Positions 7,705 through 16,438 of a stretch of 64,000 bases of DNA are shown one piece after another. The stretch's first letter is position 1, and each line of letters opens with the position of its first letter. The notes under the pieces were generated by a model that was not told the DNA's origin, ran no database searches, and was given only the letters and a program-made list of their open reading frames with translations. Both the position numbers and the translations under genes were made by a program. Source of the DNA: a virus (lineage: Duplodnaviria; Caudoviricetes); the IMG/VR virus record IMGVR_UViG_3300021426_000071, positions 1 to 64,000 of that record. One strand, 5' to 3'.

Positions 7705-7903
7705 TCACGCGCATCTCCTGTGGATTGCGTAGACTTTATTGATTTATCACTCGCCGTGACCTGCCTCGGCGTCATTTCGCCTATATATACTGCGACTTGC
7801 AACATCCAACTTGTCGCGGCAGGATTGATAGCGAGCGCTGTGTTCACCCCACAGACGTTCCACGTATGGAGTCCTTATTGTCTTGGCAACTTTTAATGCT
7901 TGT

Positions 7904-8098
7904 TCACCCGCCATCGAATTTAATTAACATTTCGTCTAACAGCTTTTCTGTAACTGCCTGACCATGAAGATTCTCACTGATCCAGTAATTATCCTTTGCC
8001 ATTATTAACTTATCCTGCCCAGTCGGATTCCGATCAATGGTGGCGTACACATCATGATTAGCTACCCAGCTTTTAATGGTTTCTGCTTCACTCTTCAT
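7904..8098 (-). CDS. hypothetical protein
   Basis: Short ORF in operon context. Confidence 0.55.
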   Translation of the reverse strand: MKSEAETIKSWVANHDVYATIDRNPTGQDKLIMAKDNYWISENLHGQAVTEKLLDEMLIKFDGG

Positions 8099-8118
8099 CC
8101 GCAGCCACCACCTGTCTT

Positions 8119-8661
8119 CTAATTAAACCGCTCACTGTCTCTCCACCTCTTATTCAGCCCGCAACAATTGAATTCATCACATCTGCCGCCGCGATAGAAG
8201 CACATCGGCTCAAAGAGTCCGCTGAACTCAGGGCAGACATCCAATACCTCTCGGCACATCTCTTCTACAACTTCTCTTGTTTCTGGCGATGCCTGAGTAC
8301 AAAGCCTCTTTCTGGCTATTGTCAGCAACTCCTCCGCATTCATCCACCAGCACATGGTCACTGGTACGCTCTGCGGTGCTTCTCCGCGATCATATTTATC
8401 CTGACGATCATTGCGCTGAGTCGATACAAAAGGCACTGCGTGTACATGACGTACCAGATGCACGGATACCCAGTACGGTATATCCGTCAGCCGGAAACAA
8501 AACATCAGCGTCCGTATGGGCGAATGCTGTGCCTTAAGCAGCTTACGCTTCCACTCCATTGTAGGCGGTTTGCTACTACTCTTTGATACAGTTACTAATG
8601 TACACGTTTTGGCCAGTTGCCAATCTTCATCTGTGGGATATTTTAAAACTTCAACCTTCAT
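8119..8661 (-). CDS. thyX: FAD-dependent thymidylate synthase (short ThyX type)
   Basis: HSPIR, SVHLVRH, STQR, RLCTQASPETRE. Confidence 0.8.
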   Translation of the reverse strand: MKVEVLKYPTDEDWQLAKTCTLVTVSKSSSKPPTMEWKRKLLKAQHSPIRTLMFCFRLTDIPYWVSVHLVRHVHAVPFVSTQRNDRQDKYDRGEAPQSVPVTMCWWMNAEELLTIARKRLCTQASPETREVVEEMCREVLDVCPEFSGLFEPMCFYRGGRCDEFNCCGLNKRWRDSERFN

Positions 8662-9002
8662 ATAAACATCCTCATAATCTCCTTAATTGCCATTGCAGTC
8701 GGGGACGAAAGCCAGCCGATCAGATCGTATAAGCTGATCGAAAAGATGACGAATATGATCGTCCCGATTCCCACCGGGAGAAGTGTATAAAACGAATCAT
8801 CAAAGGTATACCCGTCTCTATGGTCGTACTTCCATGCCTTTACCGTCATGACCGCACAGAGCGCCAACATAATTGCCGTGAAGATCACCATAAAAACGCC
8901 TTGAGCGATGTTCAGCTTCGCCATTTCGGGGATCAGAAATTTGGCTGAAGTCCCAAGTTTATCGCACAGATTGTTAATAATCTCGTTTACTTCTTTACTC
9001 AT
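8658..9002 (-). CDS. two-TM membrane protein
   Basis: Two hydrophobic segments; ATGA overlaps. Confidence 0.7.
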   Translation of the reverse strand: MSKEVNEIINNLCDKLGTSAKFLIPEMAKLNIAQGVFMVIFTAIMLALCAVMTVKAWKYDHRDGYTFDDSFYTLLPVGIGTIIFVIFSISLYDLIGWLSSPTAMAIKEIMRMFI

Positions 9003-9376
9003 CTTATAAACACCTTATCGCAATACTTTCTTTTTACCTGTACTTGGCTTGGGGCATTCCACGCAGCCAGCTGCTTAAAGAATTCGGTCGGAGGATCTTT
9101 AATCAGATAAGCAATCCTATCACCGAAAAATACTCCACATATCGTCTCACTTGACGTAGTGAGCGTGAATGCTGTGACATAAGCCCCTGTAAACGCCTGT
9201 CCGCTTAAGCCGCCGTGCCAATCAAACCCAAGCGCTGTAGTTCCCCATACTTGACTGAAAACAACTGCTTCAATATCGTAATGAAACCAATCATTTAAAT
9301 GAAACAGCTTTTCAACTTCAAGCCTGAACTTATATTCCAGTAACTCTAAATTCGGATATTTCATAATCACCACCAC
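8999..9376 (-). CDS. hypothetical phage protein
   Basis: FSQVWGTTALGF..GLSGQAFT.AY pattern. Confidence 0.7.
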   Translation of the reverse strand: MVVIMKYPNLELLEYKFRLEVEKLFHLNDWFHYDIEAVVFSQVWGTTALGFDWHGGLSGQAFTGAYVTAFTLTTSSETICGVFFGDRIAYLIKDPPTEFFKQLAAWNAPSQVQVKRKYCDKVFIR

Positions 9377-9837
9377 ATAGCCGGAAACACAATTCCAAAA
9401 GTTTCAAACGCACTCGCGGCCTTTTCATTGGCCCTGACCTCGTTTTCATCCATATCGTCGCAATGTTTAATGGCATATTCGAGATAGTCAATCATCATCT
9501 TAATAGCTTCTTTCTGAGTCATTTCAGTTGGCTCTACTCTATAATAACAACGCGCATCGTCTTCACGGTCTGTGATCTCAACAAGACGAGGTACGGTAAA
9601 TTTATAATAATCGAGATCTACAATTTCACTGGCTTCTTTCAAAAACATCTTTAAATGAGAGTAAAGCCATCCAGCTGCGGTAAAATATAAGCCCCAAGTT
9701 TCTCTCGAATCAAAACCATATTTGTTGCGCTCTTCGTAAAACCTATCCTGTCTGCCAAGCTTGTCTATATCTGTAGTGTTGAAAATACATATCTCGTCAG
9801 ACGAAATTCCTAAATCGTTTAAATATTTATGTTTCAT
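9367..9837 (-). CDS. hypothetical phage protein
   Basis: YGFDSRETWGL, C-terminal FPAMWW. Confidence 0.7.
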   Translation of the reverse strand: MKHKYLNDLGISSDEICIFNTTDIDKLGRQDRFYEERNKYGFDSRETWGLYFTAAGWLYSHLKMFLKEASEIVDLDYYKFTVPRLVEITDREDDARCYYRVEPTEMTQKEAIKMMIDYLEYAIKHCDDMDENEVRANEKAASAFETFGIVFPAMWW

Positions 9838-9839
9838 AT

Positions 9840-9968
9840 CTACTCATCCCATGGATCAAAGTCCCCAAACGGGCATTCATCACAATAACTGACTAAATCG
9901 CCATCTTCATCGTAATAATAGTCGTCTCCATAAATCCGACACTCTTCGCAAGGATCAAAGTCATCCAT
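9840..9968 (-). CDS. tiny acidic Cys-rich protein (42 aa)
   Basis: MDDFDPCEECRIYGDDYYYDEDGDLVSYCDECPF; fills the gap exactly. Confidence 0.6.
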   Translation of the reverse strand: MDDFDPCEECRIYGDDYYYDEDGDLVSYCDECPFGDFDPWDE

Positions 9969-9973
9969 GATTT

Positions 9974-10201
9974 CTACTCCCTATTCAAAAGTTCTTTATA
10001 TTTGTCGAAATACCACAATGCCTTTCGTATATCCTGTTCTTCGTTGTCCTTGTCTTTTCTACGCCATAAATATTTGTAGCAATTTAAAAGCGAGAATATC
10101 ATTACCCTTTCTTTCCCGAAAACATCTTCCATCGCATCAATGCACTCGACCTTCCCATTCGCATAATGCTGGGGCTTATTTACTGGATCAAAATCGCTCA
10201 T
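9974..10201 (-). CDS. DUF3310 family protein
   Basis: DPVNKPQHY..G.VECID, KYLWR, DIRKALWY. Confidence 0.85.
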   Translation of the reverse strand: MSDFDPVNKPQHYANGKVECIDAMEDVFGKERVMIFSLLNCYKYLWRRKDKDNEEQDIRKALWYFDKYKELLNRE

Positions 10202-10239
10202 TTAACACTCACTCCATAGTTCATATCAGTCATGTTTCT

Positions 10240-10482
10240 TTACCACCTATACACCACATTACCAACCCGAACAATATACTTATCATTCTGTGGAATCTCA
10301 TAACATGAATGATCTGTATATTCTGGGTAGTACGGCAAAATCAACAATCCTTCAGTATCCGAAACCAACCAATCGTTGTAATTACAACTCGGAAATATAT
10401 CCTTTGCTGTTAATGGCTCACCAGTCTCTCGGTCATAGACCTCTATCCCGGGAAACTCGGGAAGATCATCAAAAATGGCCAT
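10240..10482 (-). CDS. hypothetical protein
   Basis: GAGGT RBS, overlapping operon. Confidence 0.6.
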   Translation of the reverse strand: MAIFDDLPEFPGIEVYDRETGEPLTAKDIFPSCNYNDWLVSDTEGLLILPYYPEYTDHSCYEIPQNDKYIVRVGNVVYRW

Positions 10483-10678
10483 CCCCTACCTCCTCGTTAG
10501 TATATTCATCAAACCAATATTCAATGTCATCCATCAGGCAACTCCCATCACATTCTGCCTCATCGTATGTAATGGTTTCCGCTAATAGATTTAGAACATA
10601 CGGGGAGTCTTTCTGTTTACTTAAAAGATTGTATGTGGCGTTTAATAATGTCTTTGCTCTACTTACGGCGTCTTCCAT
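10469..10678 (-). CDS. hypothetical protein
   Basis: GGAGA RBS. Confidence 0.6.
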   Translation of the reverse strand: MEDAVSRAKTLLNATYNLLSKQKDSPYVLNLLAETITYDEAECDGSCLMDDIEYWFDEYTNEEVGDGHF

Positions 10679-10902
10679 CCATCTCTCCTATTCCATGCTC
10701 TAATTGCTCTATCTTTACAAATATCGGTAAATCCTTCCTGATCGTTTTCTTCTAAAACCACCGTTTGTTTACATGCGTTACAGAAAATCCCTACACTTTC
10801 ATCAAGATAGCCGCTAACTGGAACGATATATATATTTCCAGTTCCAGCCCCACAAAATGGACACGGTTTACAATCTGTGGCATTCTTCATCATTTTTCTC
10901 AC
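10663..10902 (-). CDS. Lar-like restriction alleviation protein
   Basis: KPCPFCG...C..C...AIRAWNRR. Confidence 0.75.
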   Translation of the reverse strand: MRKMMKNATDCKPCPFCGAGTGNIYIVPVSGYLDESVGIFCNACKQTVVLEENDQEGFTDICKDRAIRAWNRRDGWKTP

Positions 10903-11062
10903 CTGTTAATGGACAAAACGGAAGCAGCGCAGATATAAATGTGTCGCATCCATCAATCTGGATTTGCAGCAAGTCGCAATAATAACTGTAATCATCAACC
11001 GACATATCCCATTCCGACAAATGCGGACAATCGCAAGGACAGTCGAGGGGAAACTTAGTCAT
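10868..11062 (-). CDS. small Cys-rich protein
   Basis: CxCxCPH, CPL. Confidence 0.55.
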   Translation of the reverse strand: MTKFPLDCPCDCPHLSEWDMSVDDYSYYCDLLQIQIDGCDTFISALLPFCPLTGEKNDEECHRL

Positions 11063-11253
11063 TCATCCATCCTTTCTTTATCATCGTTCCATAACCACTG
11101 TGGCAGTGTCATACTACTAGGAGATATTTTTACTGATTTAGAAACATATCCGCAACTATAGCATTGATAGCTTATTATCGGCGGTATGCTTGCTGTAGAT
11201 ACACAAGTCATAATTCCTCTACACCTCGGGCATAAATAATTCACTCCATCCAC
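11059..11253 (-). CDS. small Zn-ribbon protein
   Basis: CPRC...CYSCG. Confidence 0.55.
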   Translation of the reverse strand: MDGVNYLCPRCRGIMTCVSTASIPPIISYQCYSCGYVSKSVKISPSSMTLPQWLWNDDKERMDE

Positions 11254-11260
11254 CCCTCTG

Positions 11261-11461
11261 TCACCTCATCATCGACTTAAACTGTTCCTCAAATTTCCTC
11301 ATTTCCTCTGATTTCTCGTACTGCTTACATCTCCACAACTGCTGTCTTCCTTCATTGACAGTCCGCATATAATGCTCTGACATGGTGATTTTCTTCGCAG
11401 TACATCGGTATCCTTTTCCGTTGTACTTACAATCCAGTGACGCACAAATTACTTTTGGCAT
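11261..11461 (-). CDS. small Cys-rich protein
   Basis: C..DCKYN...C...C. Confidence 0.55.
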   Translation of the reverse strand: MPKVICASLDCKYNGKGYRCTAKKITMSEHYMRTVNEGRQQLWRCKQYEKSEEMRKFEEQFKSMMR

Positions 11462-11479
11462 TATTCTCCGCTTTACCTC

Positions 11480-11698
11480 TTATATCACATAAATCCGTCC
11501 CATTCTTGCTTTAAGCTGTTCCACAGTTTCTCCATTTGAGTTAAGACCACAATTAGGACAGATCGCATTTGGAATCACATTGTCGTAGTAATTTGCATCT
11601 GAATATCCCCATGCTTCAAATTCATGCTTGCACTTTTCACACATAAAAACAGCCGTGAAGTCGTTCCTGTGGCTATAGGTTATGTCTTTTATCTTCAT
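11480..11698 (-). CDS. small Zn-ribbon protein
   Basis: HRNDF, CEKC, GYSD, CPNCG. Confidence 0.65.
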   Translation of the reverse strand: MKIKDITYSHRNDFTAVFMCEKCKHEFEAWGYSDANYYDNVIPNAICPNCGLNSNGETVEQLKARMGRIYVI

Positions 11699-11961
11699 TC
11701 CTGTTCACCTCTCATATCCGCGTCAGCACAGTAGAAGTTATATCTACGTGTCCCATCTGCCAAAGGGCAATAATGATAATTTGGTGCAAAATCATTTTGC
11801 CATGTCGTGTCCCAATGTTCGCAATCCTTACACCGTATGATTTCTGGCTGTTCTAGTGCGGAGATGGCCATTCTCAATGCTTTGCGATAGTTGCCGGACA
11901 AATAATCATGATGCAGACGCATATCATCTTTAATCATGCCAATGGCTTCTTCTCTTGTCAT
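11695..11961 (-). CDS. small Zn-finger protein
   Basis: MTREEAI..IIRCKDCEHW..FYC; start moved to the ATG after the RBS. Confidence 0.65.
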   Translation of the reverse strand: MTREEAIGMIKDDMRLHHDYLSGNYRKALRMAISALEQPEIIRCKDCEHWDTTWQNDFAPNYHYCPLADGTRRYNFYCADADMRGEQE

Positions 11962-12236
11962 CCTTCCCGCCTTTCTGCACCTCTCATATCCGCACCACAA
12001 TTCGGGCAATACTTAAAATACTGTGCCTGTGTATCCCAATCGTATATGGCATAACACTCACTACATTTAACACGACCACTGTTCTTTACAAGTAACGTGC
12101 CTTCCCACTGCCCTTTCTTCCGCTCTGACAGTGCGGATGGCAAAGCATGAATGTTTGAAGCAACTGGATAGATGCCTGACTTCCATCCTTTATCTAGCAG
12201 TTTAATAACATCATCTTCATATATTGCTCGTCTCAT
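11958..12236 (-). CDS. small Zn-ribbon protein
   Basis: LPSA..RKKGQW..CSEC..YCPNCGADM. Confidence 0.7.
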   Translation of the reverse strand: MRRAIYEDDVIKLLDKGWKSGIYPVASNIHALPSALSERKKGQWEGTLLVKNSGRVKCSECYAIYDWDTQAQYFKYCPNCGADMRGAERREG

Positions 12237-12513
12237 CCTGTTCACCTCTTGTTTGATCCAATGTTGCTTTAAGGTGACTTATTTTTAAATTCATAATGCA
12301 CCATCTATCCTGTAAACCGCCCGTCCAATCATATATGACGTAATTAACGTATCTCGTTACCTCTCGCCCTGTGTATTTTTCACCATCCCATTCTTTTAAA
12401 TGCAGATAATCTCCGGCCTTAAATCCCCTGTCATTCTTTCGCAATTCAAATGTTTTTTCTCTTGAGCATACTGCATCGAAATATTCCGGAAGTATTTTAA
12501 GTTCATGAATCAT
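12217..12513 (-). CDS. ASCH/PUA-like (DUF3850) protein
   Basis: HELKILPEYF..KTFELRKNDRGFKAGD.L.LKEW..YTGR. Confidence 0.85.
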   Translation of the reverse strand: MIHELKILPEYFDAVCSREKTFELRKNDRGFKAGDYLHLKEWDGEKYTGREVTRYVNYVIYDWTGGLQDRWCIMNLKISHLKATLDQTRGEQDETSNI

Positions 12514-12757
12514 CCTGTTCACCTCTCATATCAGCACTACAAAACGGACAATATTCCGTAAAATCCTTTGTGATTTCGCCACACTTAGGACATTCATAAT
12601 AGACTATCCACTTCCCCATCTTCCGCTGTGGCTGTGCGGAGGGCAATGATTTCAATCGCTTTTCTAATCCTCTAAATGACCCACAAATCAAACCTTCATA
12701 CCAATCCTTCGCCGCATCAATCGCGTCATCAAGATATATTATTTTTCTATCATTCAT
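12503..12757 (-). CDS. small Zn-ribbon protein
   Basis: LPSAQP..GKW..CPKC..YCPFCSADM. Confidence 0.7.
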   Translation of the reverse strand: MNDRKIIYLDDAIDAAKDWYEGLICGSFRGLEKRLKSLPSAQPQRKMGKWIVYYECPKCGEITKDFTEYCPFCSADMRGEQDDS

Positions 12758-13214
12758 CGAAATCCCATCCTTCCCAGTCAATCGCCTGTCCGCAATGCTC
12801 GCAGTATGTTATGCGCTTGCCTAGAAAGCGCCAATGTCCCAAATAGTAACCGCACTTTGGGCACACAGGCTCTTTTTCTCTTATCCCCCACATCCTGCTT
12901 GTGGTTTCAGTTGGCTTTCGTGGTGTATCACGTTCCGGCTGTGCGGATGGCATCTGTTTAATGTATTCCGTTGCCAATGCCGCACCGCAGGCAATCCCTT
13001 GTGTGTAATCGTTTCGCATTGGGTCAGCAGGAAATATTTTGTCAATTACTTCAATCGCCGCCTGCCTGTAGATCGTGTCCCCGACATTTGTGTCGGGAAC
13101 ATAACATGGTATTTTCTTAATGCCGTTGATTATAGTTTTTGCAAGACATATCCATTCTCCGCACTCAAACTCAACAATACGGATTACATCATCTTCATCA
13201 ATTAGTCTTCCCAT
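12750..13214 (-). CDS. mosaic Zn-ribbon protein
   Basis: RLID, IYRQAAI, PSAQPER, CPKC..YCEHCGQAIDW. Confidence 0.7.
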   Translation of the reverse strand: MGRLIDEDDVIRIVEFECGEWICLAKTIINGIKKIPCYVPDTNVGDTIYRQAAIEVIDKIFPADPMRNDYTQGIACGAALATEYIKQMPSAQPERDTPRKPTETTSRMWGIREKEPVCPKCGYYLGHWRFLGKRITYCEHCGQAIDWEGWDFDE

Positions 13215-13428
13215 CTTCCCGCCTTTCTGCTGTTTCTTCAATCCGCATCACATACCCTTGGTCTTTGAATTGAAAATTGAACTCCTTATCACCAAACAAC
13301 AGATACTGAGCGACAGCACACAATGCCTCATGAGTAACCTCCGATTTGTTTCGCCAAGTATCGCCTTTAGGGTTAAGCGTTCCCGCATAGATTCCAAAAA
13401 GGCCGCACCCCACATGATATTCAGCCAT
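13198..13428 (-). CDS. hypothetical phage protein
   Basis: GIYAGTL...W.NKSEVT.EAL.AVA. Confidence 0.65.
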   Translation of the reverse strand: MAEYHVGCGLFGIYAGTLNPKGDTWRNKSEVTHEALCAVAQYLLFGDKEFNFQFKDQGYVMRIEETAERREDGKTN

Positions 13429-13649
13429 TATTCTTTCCGCCTTTCCGCATAGCCACAATAGAAATCTTCATCATGTTCTACCCTTAATTCGGGACTTGCT
13501 GTGCAAATATAGCGAGAACCGTTTCCGCTATGTATTCCATGCTCACATTCGTAGCAATTAATAAATGCCAGTCTTACAAGGCTCATTGGGATGCAGCCAT
13601 TCTCATCCTTAGCAGATTCGAGAATGTTTAAAATCTCATTTTTCACCAA
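13428..13649 (-). CDS. small Cys-rich protein
   Basis: CYECEH..C..FYCGYAERR. Confidence 0.6.
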   Translation of the reverse strand: MVKNEILNILESAKDENGCIPMSLVRLAFINCYECEHGIHSGNGSRYICTASPELRVEHDEDFYCGYAERRKE

Positions 13650-14251
13650 TGCGCATCCTCCTCGTATGGAACCCTCACCATGTTAAACCAATCCATAAAG
13701 CCATCTATGTAATTTCCTGTCTTTTCTGGATCTTGAAAATTCTCGTATACCTCGCCATCATAACCAAGCACATTAACATGACCGCCGAATAATGACGTTA
13801 CCACGCCAGTCGTGTACCCGTCTGTAACTTCGTCCCCAACTTGAAGTTCCTTACCATGAGTCCACTTCTCATATTTTTCCACAACGTTCGGGTAACTCAT
13901 TTCTAAAACATGAGGGATACTATAGGCATCACCAAAACATTCTTTAATCTCCTCTGGCTTCATGCTAACCACATTTATGATAAGACTCCATGCACTTTCA
14001 TAGCCGCGTCTATAAGCGTTTTCGCATTCCATCTTTACATATTCGTAATTGACATCTTGTTCGTCTTTTCTTCCTCGGTTATAGATTTCCTTATCGTGAT
14101 CCTCTATTGGATGTAGAATATGCTCAATTCCGAAATCATCAAAAACTAAAGTTTTCGAACCTTTAGCGCGGAACACTGCCGTTTCACCGTGAAGAGTGGA
14201 CTTCCTTACAAGCGGCTCATCTTCAAGTTCAATGATATATTTCTTACCCAT
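13643..14251 (-). CDS. hypothetical protein
   Basis: 202-aa ORF with RBS. Confidence 0.7.
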   Translation of the reverse strand: MGKKYIIELEDEPLVRKSTLHGETAVFRAKGSKTLVFDDFGIEHILHPIEDHDKEIYNRGRKDEQDVNYEYVKMECENAYRRGYESAWSLIINVVSMKPEEIKECFGDAYSIPHVLEMSYPNVVEKYEKWTHGKELQVGDEVTDGYTTGVVTSLFGGHVNVLGYDGEVYENFQDPEKTGNYIDGFMDWFNMVRVPYEEDAHW

Positions 14252-14266
14252 ATCTCCCCCGTGTGC

Positions 14267-14524
14267 TTAGAGATCCCCGAAATCCCTTTTGAGTTCATCC
14301 ATTTCATTAGACAGCTTTTCGATCTGTGCCTTTACCAACTTCTGAAAATCATCATTGGAAAGGTAAAAATTATGTAGTGTCCCATCGATTCTCAAATGAA
14401 TCATCTTCCCAGATCTAGAATCTGCGAAATTGAGACAGTCATGAAACGTATCTAGTTTTGGGAGAAGATAATTCTCGATCTTTGTCTTGATTTGAAAAGC
14501 GGCGTCAAACTGTTCATTTGTCAT
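14267..14524 (-). CDS. hypothetical protein
   Basis: ATGA overlap. Confidence 0.6.
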   Translation of the reverse strand: MTNEQFDAAFQIKTKIENYLLPKLDTFHDCLNFADSRSGKMIHLRIDGTLHNFYLSNDDFQKLVKAQIEKLSNEMDELKRDFGDL

Positions 14525-15042
14525 ACCCTACCTCTTCCTTTATCTATTGCTTTAACTATTTCATCTGCGGCAATGCCCTGAGCATATCTTTCCGAGCAGT
14601 ACACCCACAGGTAGTTCTTTACTTTATTACTAAGCCATTTCGGGTCGTCGCTATGTGACGGGACGTATGACATAATGTAATACGTTTTATCAGGATCAAG
14701 ATCACGAGAGTAATAGTCTAAATACTCCTCCAGATTCATGACGTAATGCGTTGTGTTGGCTGTCATAAATCTAAGCGGCGGAATATATTTGTGATCATAT
14801 ATTTTATCGTATCGATCTACGCCTATATATTCTTTGTGATCCTTAAAGAAGTAGCACTGAGCCGCCTGATTACATCCCAGATCGACGATTGTAAAATCCT
14901 TCGGAATCAGCTGCGAAACAGGGAAATACACATGTTCGAAACATAAAAACTCAGAATCTAATTCACTCATTCCGTACTTCAGTTTTATATCCAACTCCCC
15001 TTGTGGAATCAGATCCCATAACTTACACGTCTTTAGGCTCAT
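14521..15042 (-). CDS. SAM-binding fold-like protein
   Basis: TIVDLGC...YIGVD resembles methyltransferase motifs I/II. Confidence 0.5.
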   Translation of the reverse strand: MSLKTCKLWDLIPQGELDIKLKYGMSELDSEFLCFEHVYFPVSQLIPKDFTIVDLGCNQAAQCYFFKDHKEYIGVDRYDKIYDHKYIPPLRFMTANTTHYVMNLEEYLDYYSRDLDPDKTYYIMSYVPSHSDDPKWLSNKVKNYLWVYCSERYAQGIAADEIVKAIDKGRGRV

Positions 15043-15502
15043 ACGCTTTACACCTCTTTTTTGGATCGAAATACTCTCTACGCTTCATTTCAAATCCATC
15101 TCTTGGTTTTTTACATTTTCTAAAGATTCCGAGAGAAGTCTCTTTCTCTTCCAGCCATTTACATGTGTAGCATTTATACTCTTGCTCTAACCTAGCCCGC
15201 TCTTCCTCTGCTTTCCGCCGGAATTCTCGATCTAACATATTTCTTTTCCAGTCAGAAAGCTTTAAGAAATCCCACACAGGCCAGCCGTTTATAATGTCAT
15301 CTGTTAATTTCTGGTAAATATCTTCTTTAGAAGAGATCCCCCATAGATCGTTAACGAATTTAAATGACGCTACATAATTCGCAACAGCTTCTTCATCAAC
15401 CTCACACTCTCCAATTTCCATTTCTCCAAAGGTTCTTACCACATCAACCACCGCCTGATAAAATCGTAGCTGTATTATTAATTTTTCATTCGGAGTCATC
15501 AT
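15023..15502 (-). CDS. hypothetical protein with C-terminal Cys cluster
   Basis: CYTC..C..C. Confidence 0.6.
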   Translation of the reverse strand: MMTPNEKLIIQLRFYQAVVDVVRTFGEMEIGECEVDEEAVANYVASFKFVNDLWGISSKEDIYQKLTDDIINGWPVWDFLKLSDWKRNMLDREFRRKAEEERARLEQEYKCYTCKWLEEKETSLGIFRKCKKPRDGFEMKRREYFDPKKRCKAYEPKDV

Positions 15503-15810
15503 CTTCCTCGATCTTATAGAAACAATGTCTGTTATATGGTATTCCTAGATATTTTAAAAATGCTCCATGTATAAAATCATCGGTTAACTCTTCTTGTGAG
15601 ACATTATGGAGAATATATTCTATTGTCCCTACAAATTGGGCATCGAATATTAATGTTAAAACCACGCGTCCCTGTACTCCTTCCAATTTCTAGGCATCGT
15701 ATCCTGTTCATATTTCCTCATCTTTGCGACTTCTGCGGTATACTGCTTATAAGCGATGCAGTGGGAATGACATCCCACCTCTCGCTCAGAGCACTGATAA
15801 CACGGTGACT

Positions 15811-16374
15811 TCAAAATATTTTCCTCCCTGTTAGAACCATGACTTTTTCTCGTACAGCCATATCCGCTTCATTAAGATCTCCCCTATATGTCTGGATCAG
15901 CTGCTTATATGACTGATTCTGTGCTTCCAGATTCTTAATCATTGATTTATACTCGGAAATCTTCGCATCATTTTCGGAAATCATTTCTTCAAAACTCTTT
16001 GTGATTTCCGCGATTTCCTTTTCTTTCTCTCCATAATCCGCTTTTGCCGCCTCGATCTGCTCCAGCGCCGCACTCATAAAGGCTTTGTCATAATCCTTAC
16101 CAACACCGAGATCAATCTTATAAAGCGTAACCACTGTGTCGCGATCTGGATCATAGATCACCACCCACAGATCTTTTACATAAATCTTTGACTTCCCCGA
16201 TCCATTCTTGAGAGACTTGCCGGAGTAGATCAACTTCCCATAGGTAATCATCTTTTCAATGTCAATTCCTATATCCTCTTCGTGCCGAGATATATAGACC
16301 GCAACATCGGTTTTGTTTTCTTTTGTCATGATCCGCTCAGCGTACCGCTCTTTGGCGTGTTGAGTAATCTTCAT
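15811..16374 (-). CDS. hypothetical protein (ITQHAKERYAER N-terminus, coiled-coil C-terminus)
   Basis: Strong RBS and own promoter. Confidence 0.75.
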   Translation of the reverse strand: MKITQHAKERYAERIMTKENKTDVAVYISRHEEDIGIDIEKMITYGKLIYSGKSLKNGSGKSKIYVKDLWVVIYDPDRDTVVTLYKIDLGVGKDYDKAFMSAALEQIEAAKADYGEKEKEIAEITKSFEEMISENDAKISEYKSMIKNLEAQNQSYKQLIQTYRGDLNEADMAVREKVMVLTGRKIF

Positions 16375-16409
16375 AGCTCCCTCCCTCTGTAATGCCCTAT
16401 CTACGATTT

Positions 16410-16438
16410 ATTATACAGCCCTATTTCTGATATGTCAA
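16410..16438 (-). promoter_or_regulatory. sigma-A promoter with AGGG box
   Basis: TTGACA-TATCAGAAATAGGGCTG-TATAAT. Confidence 0.85.
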
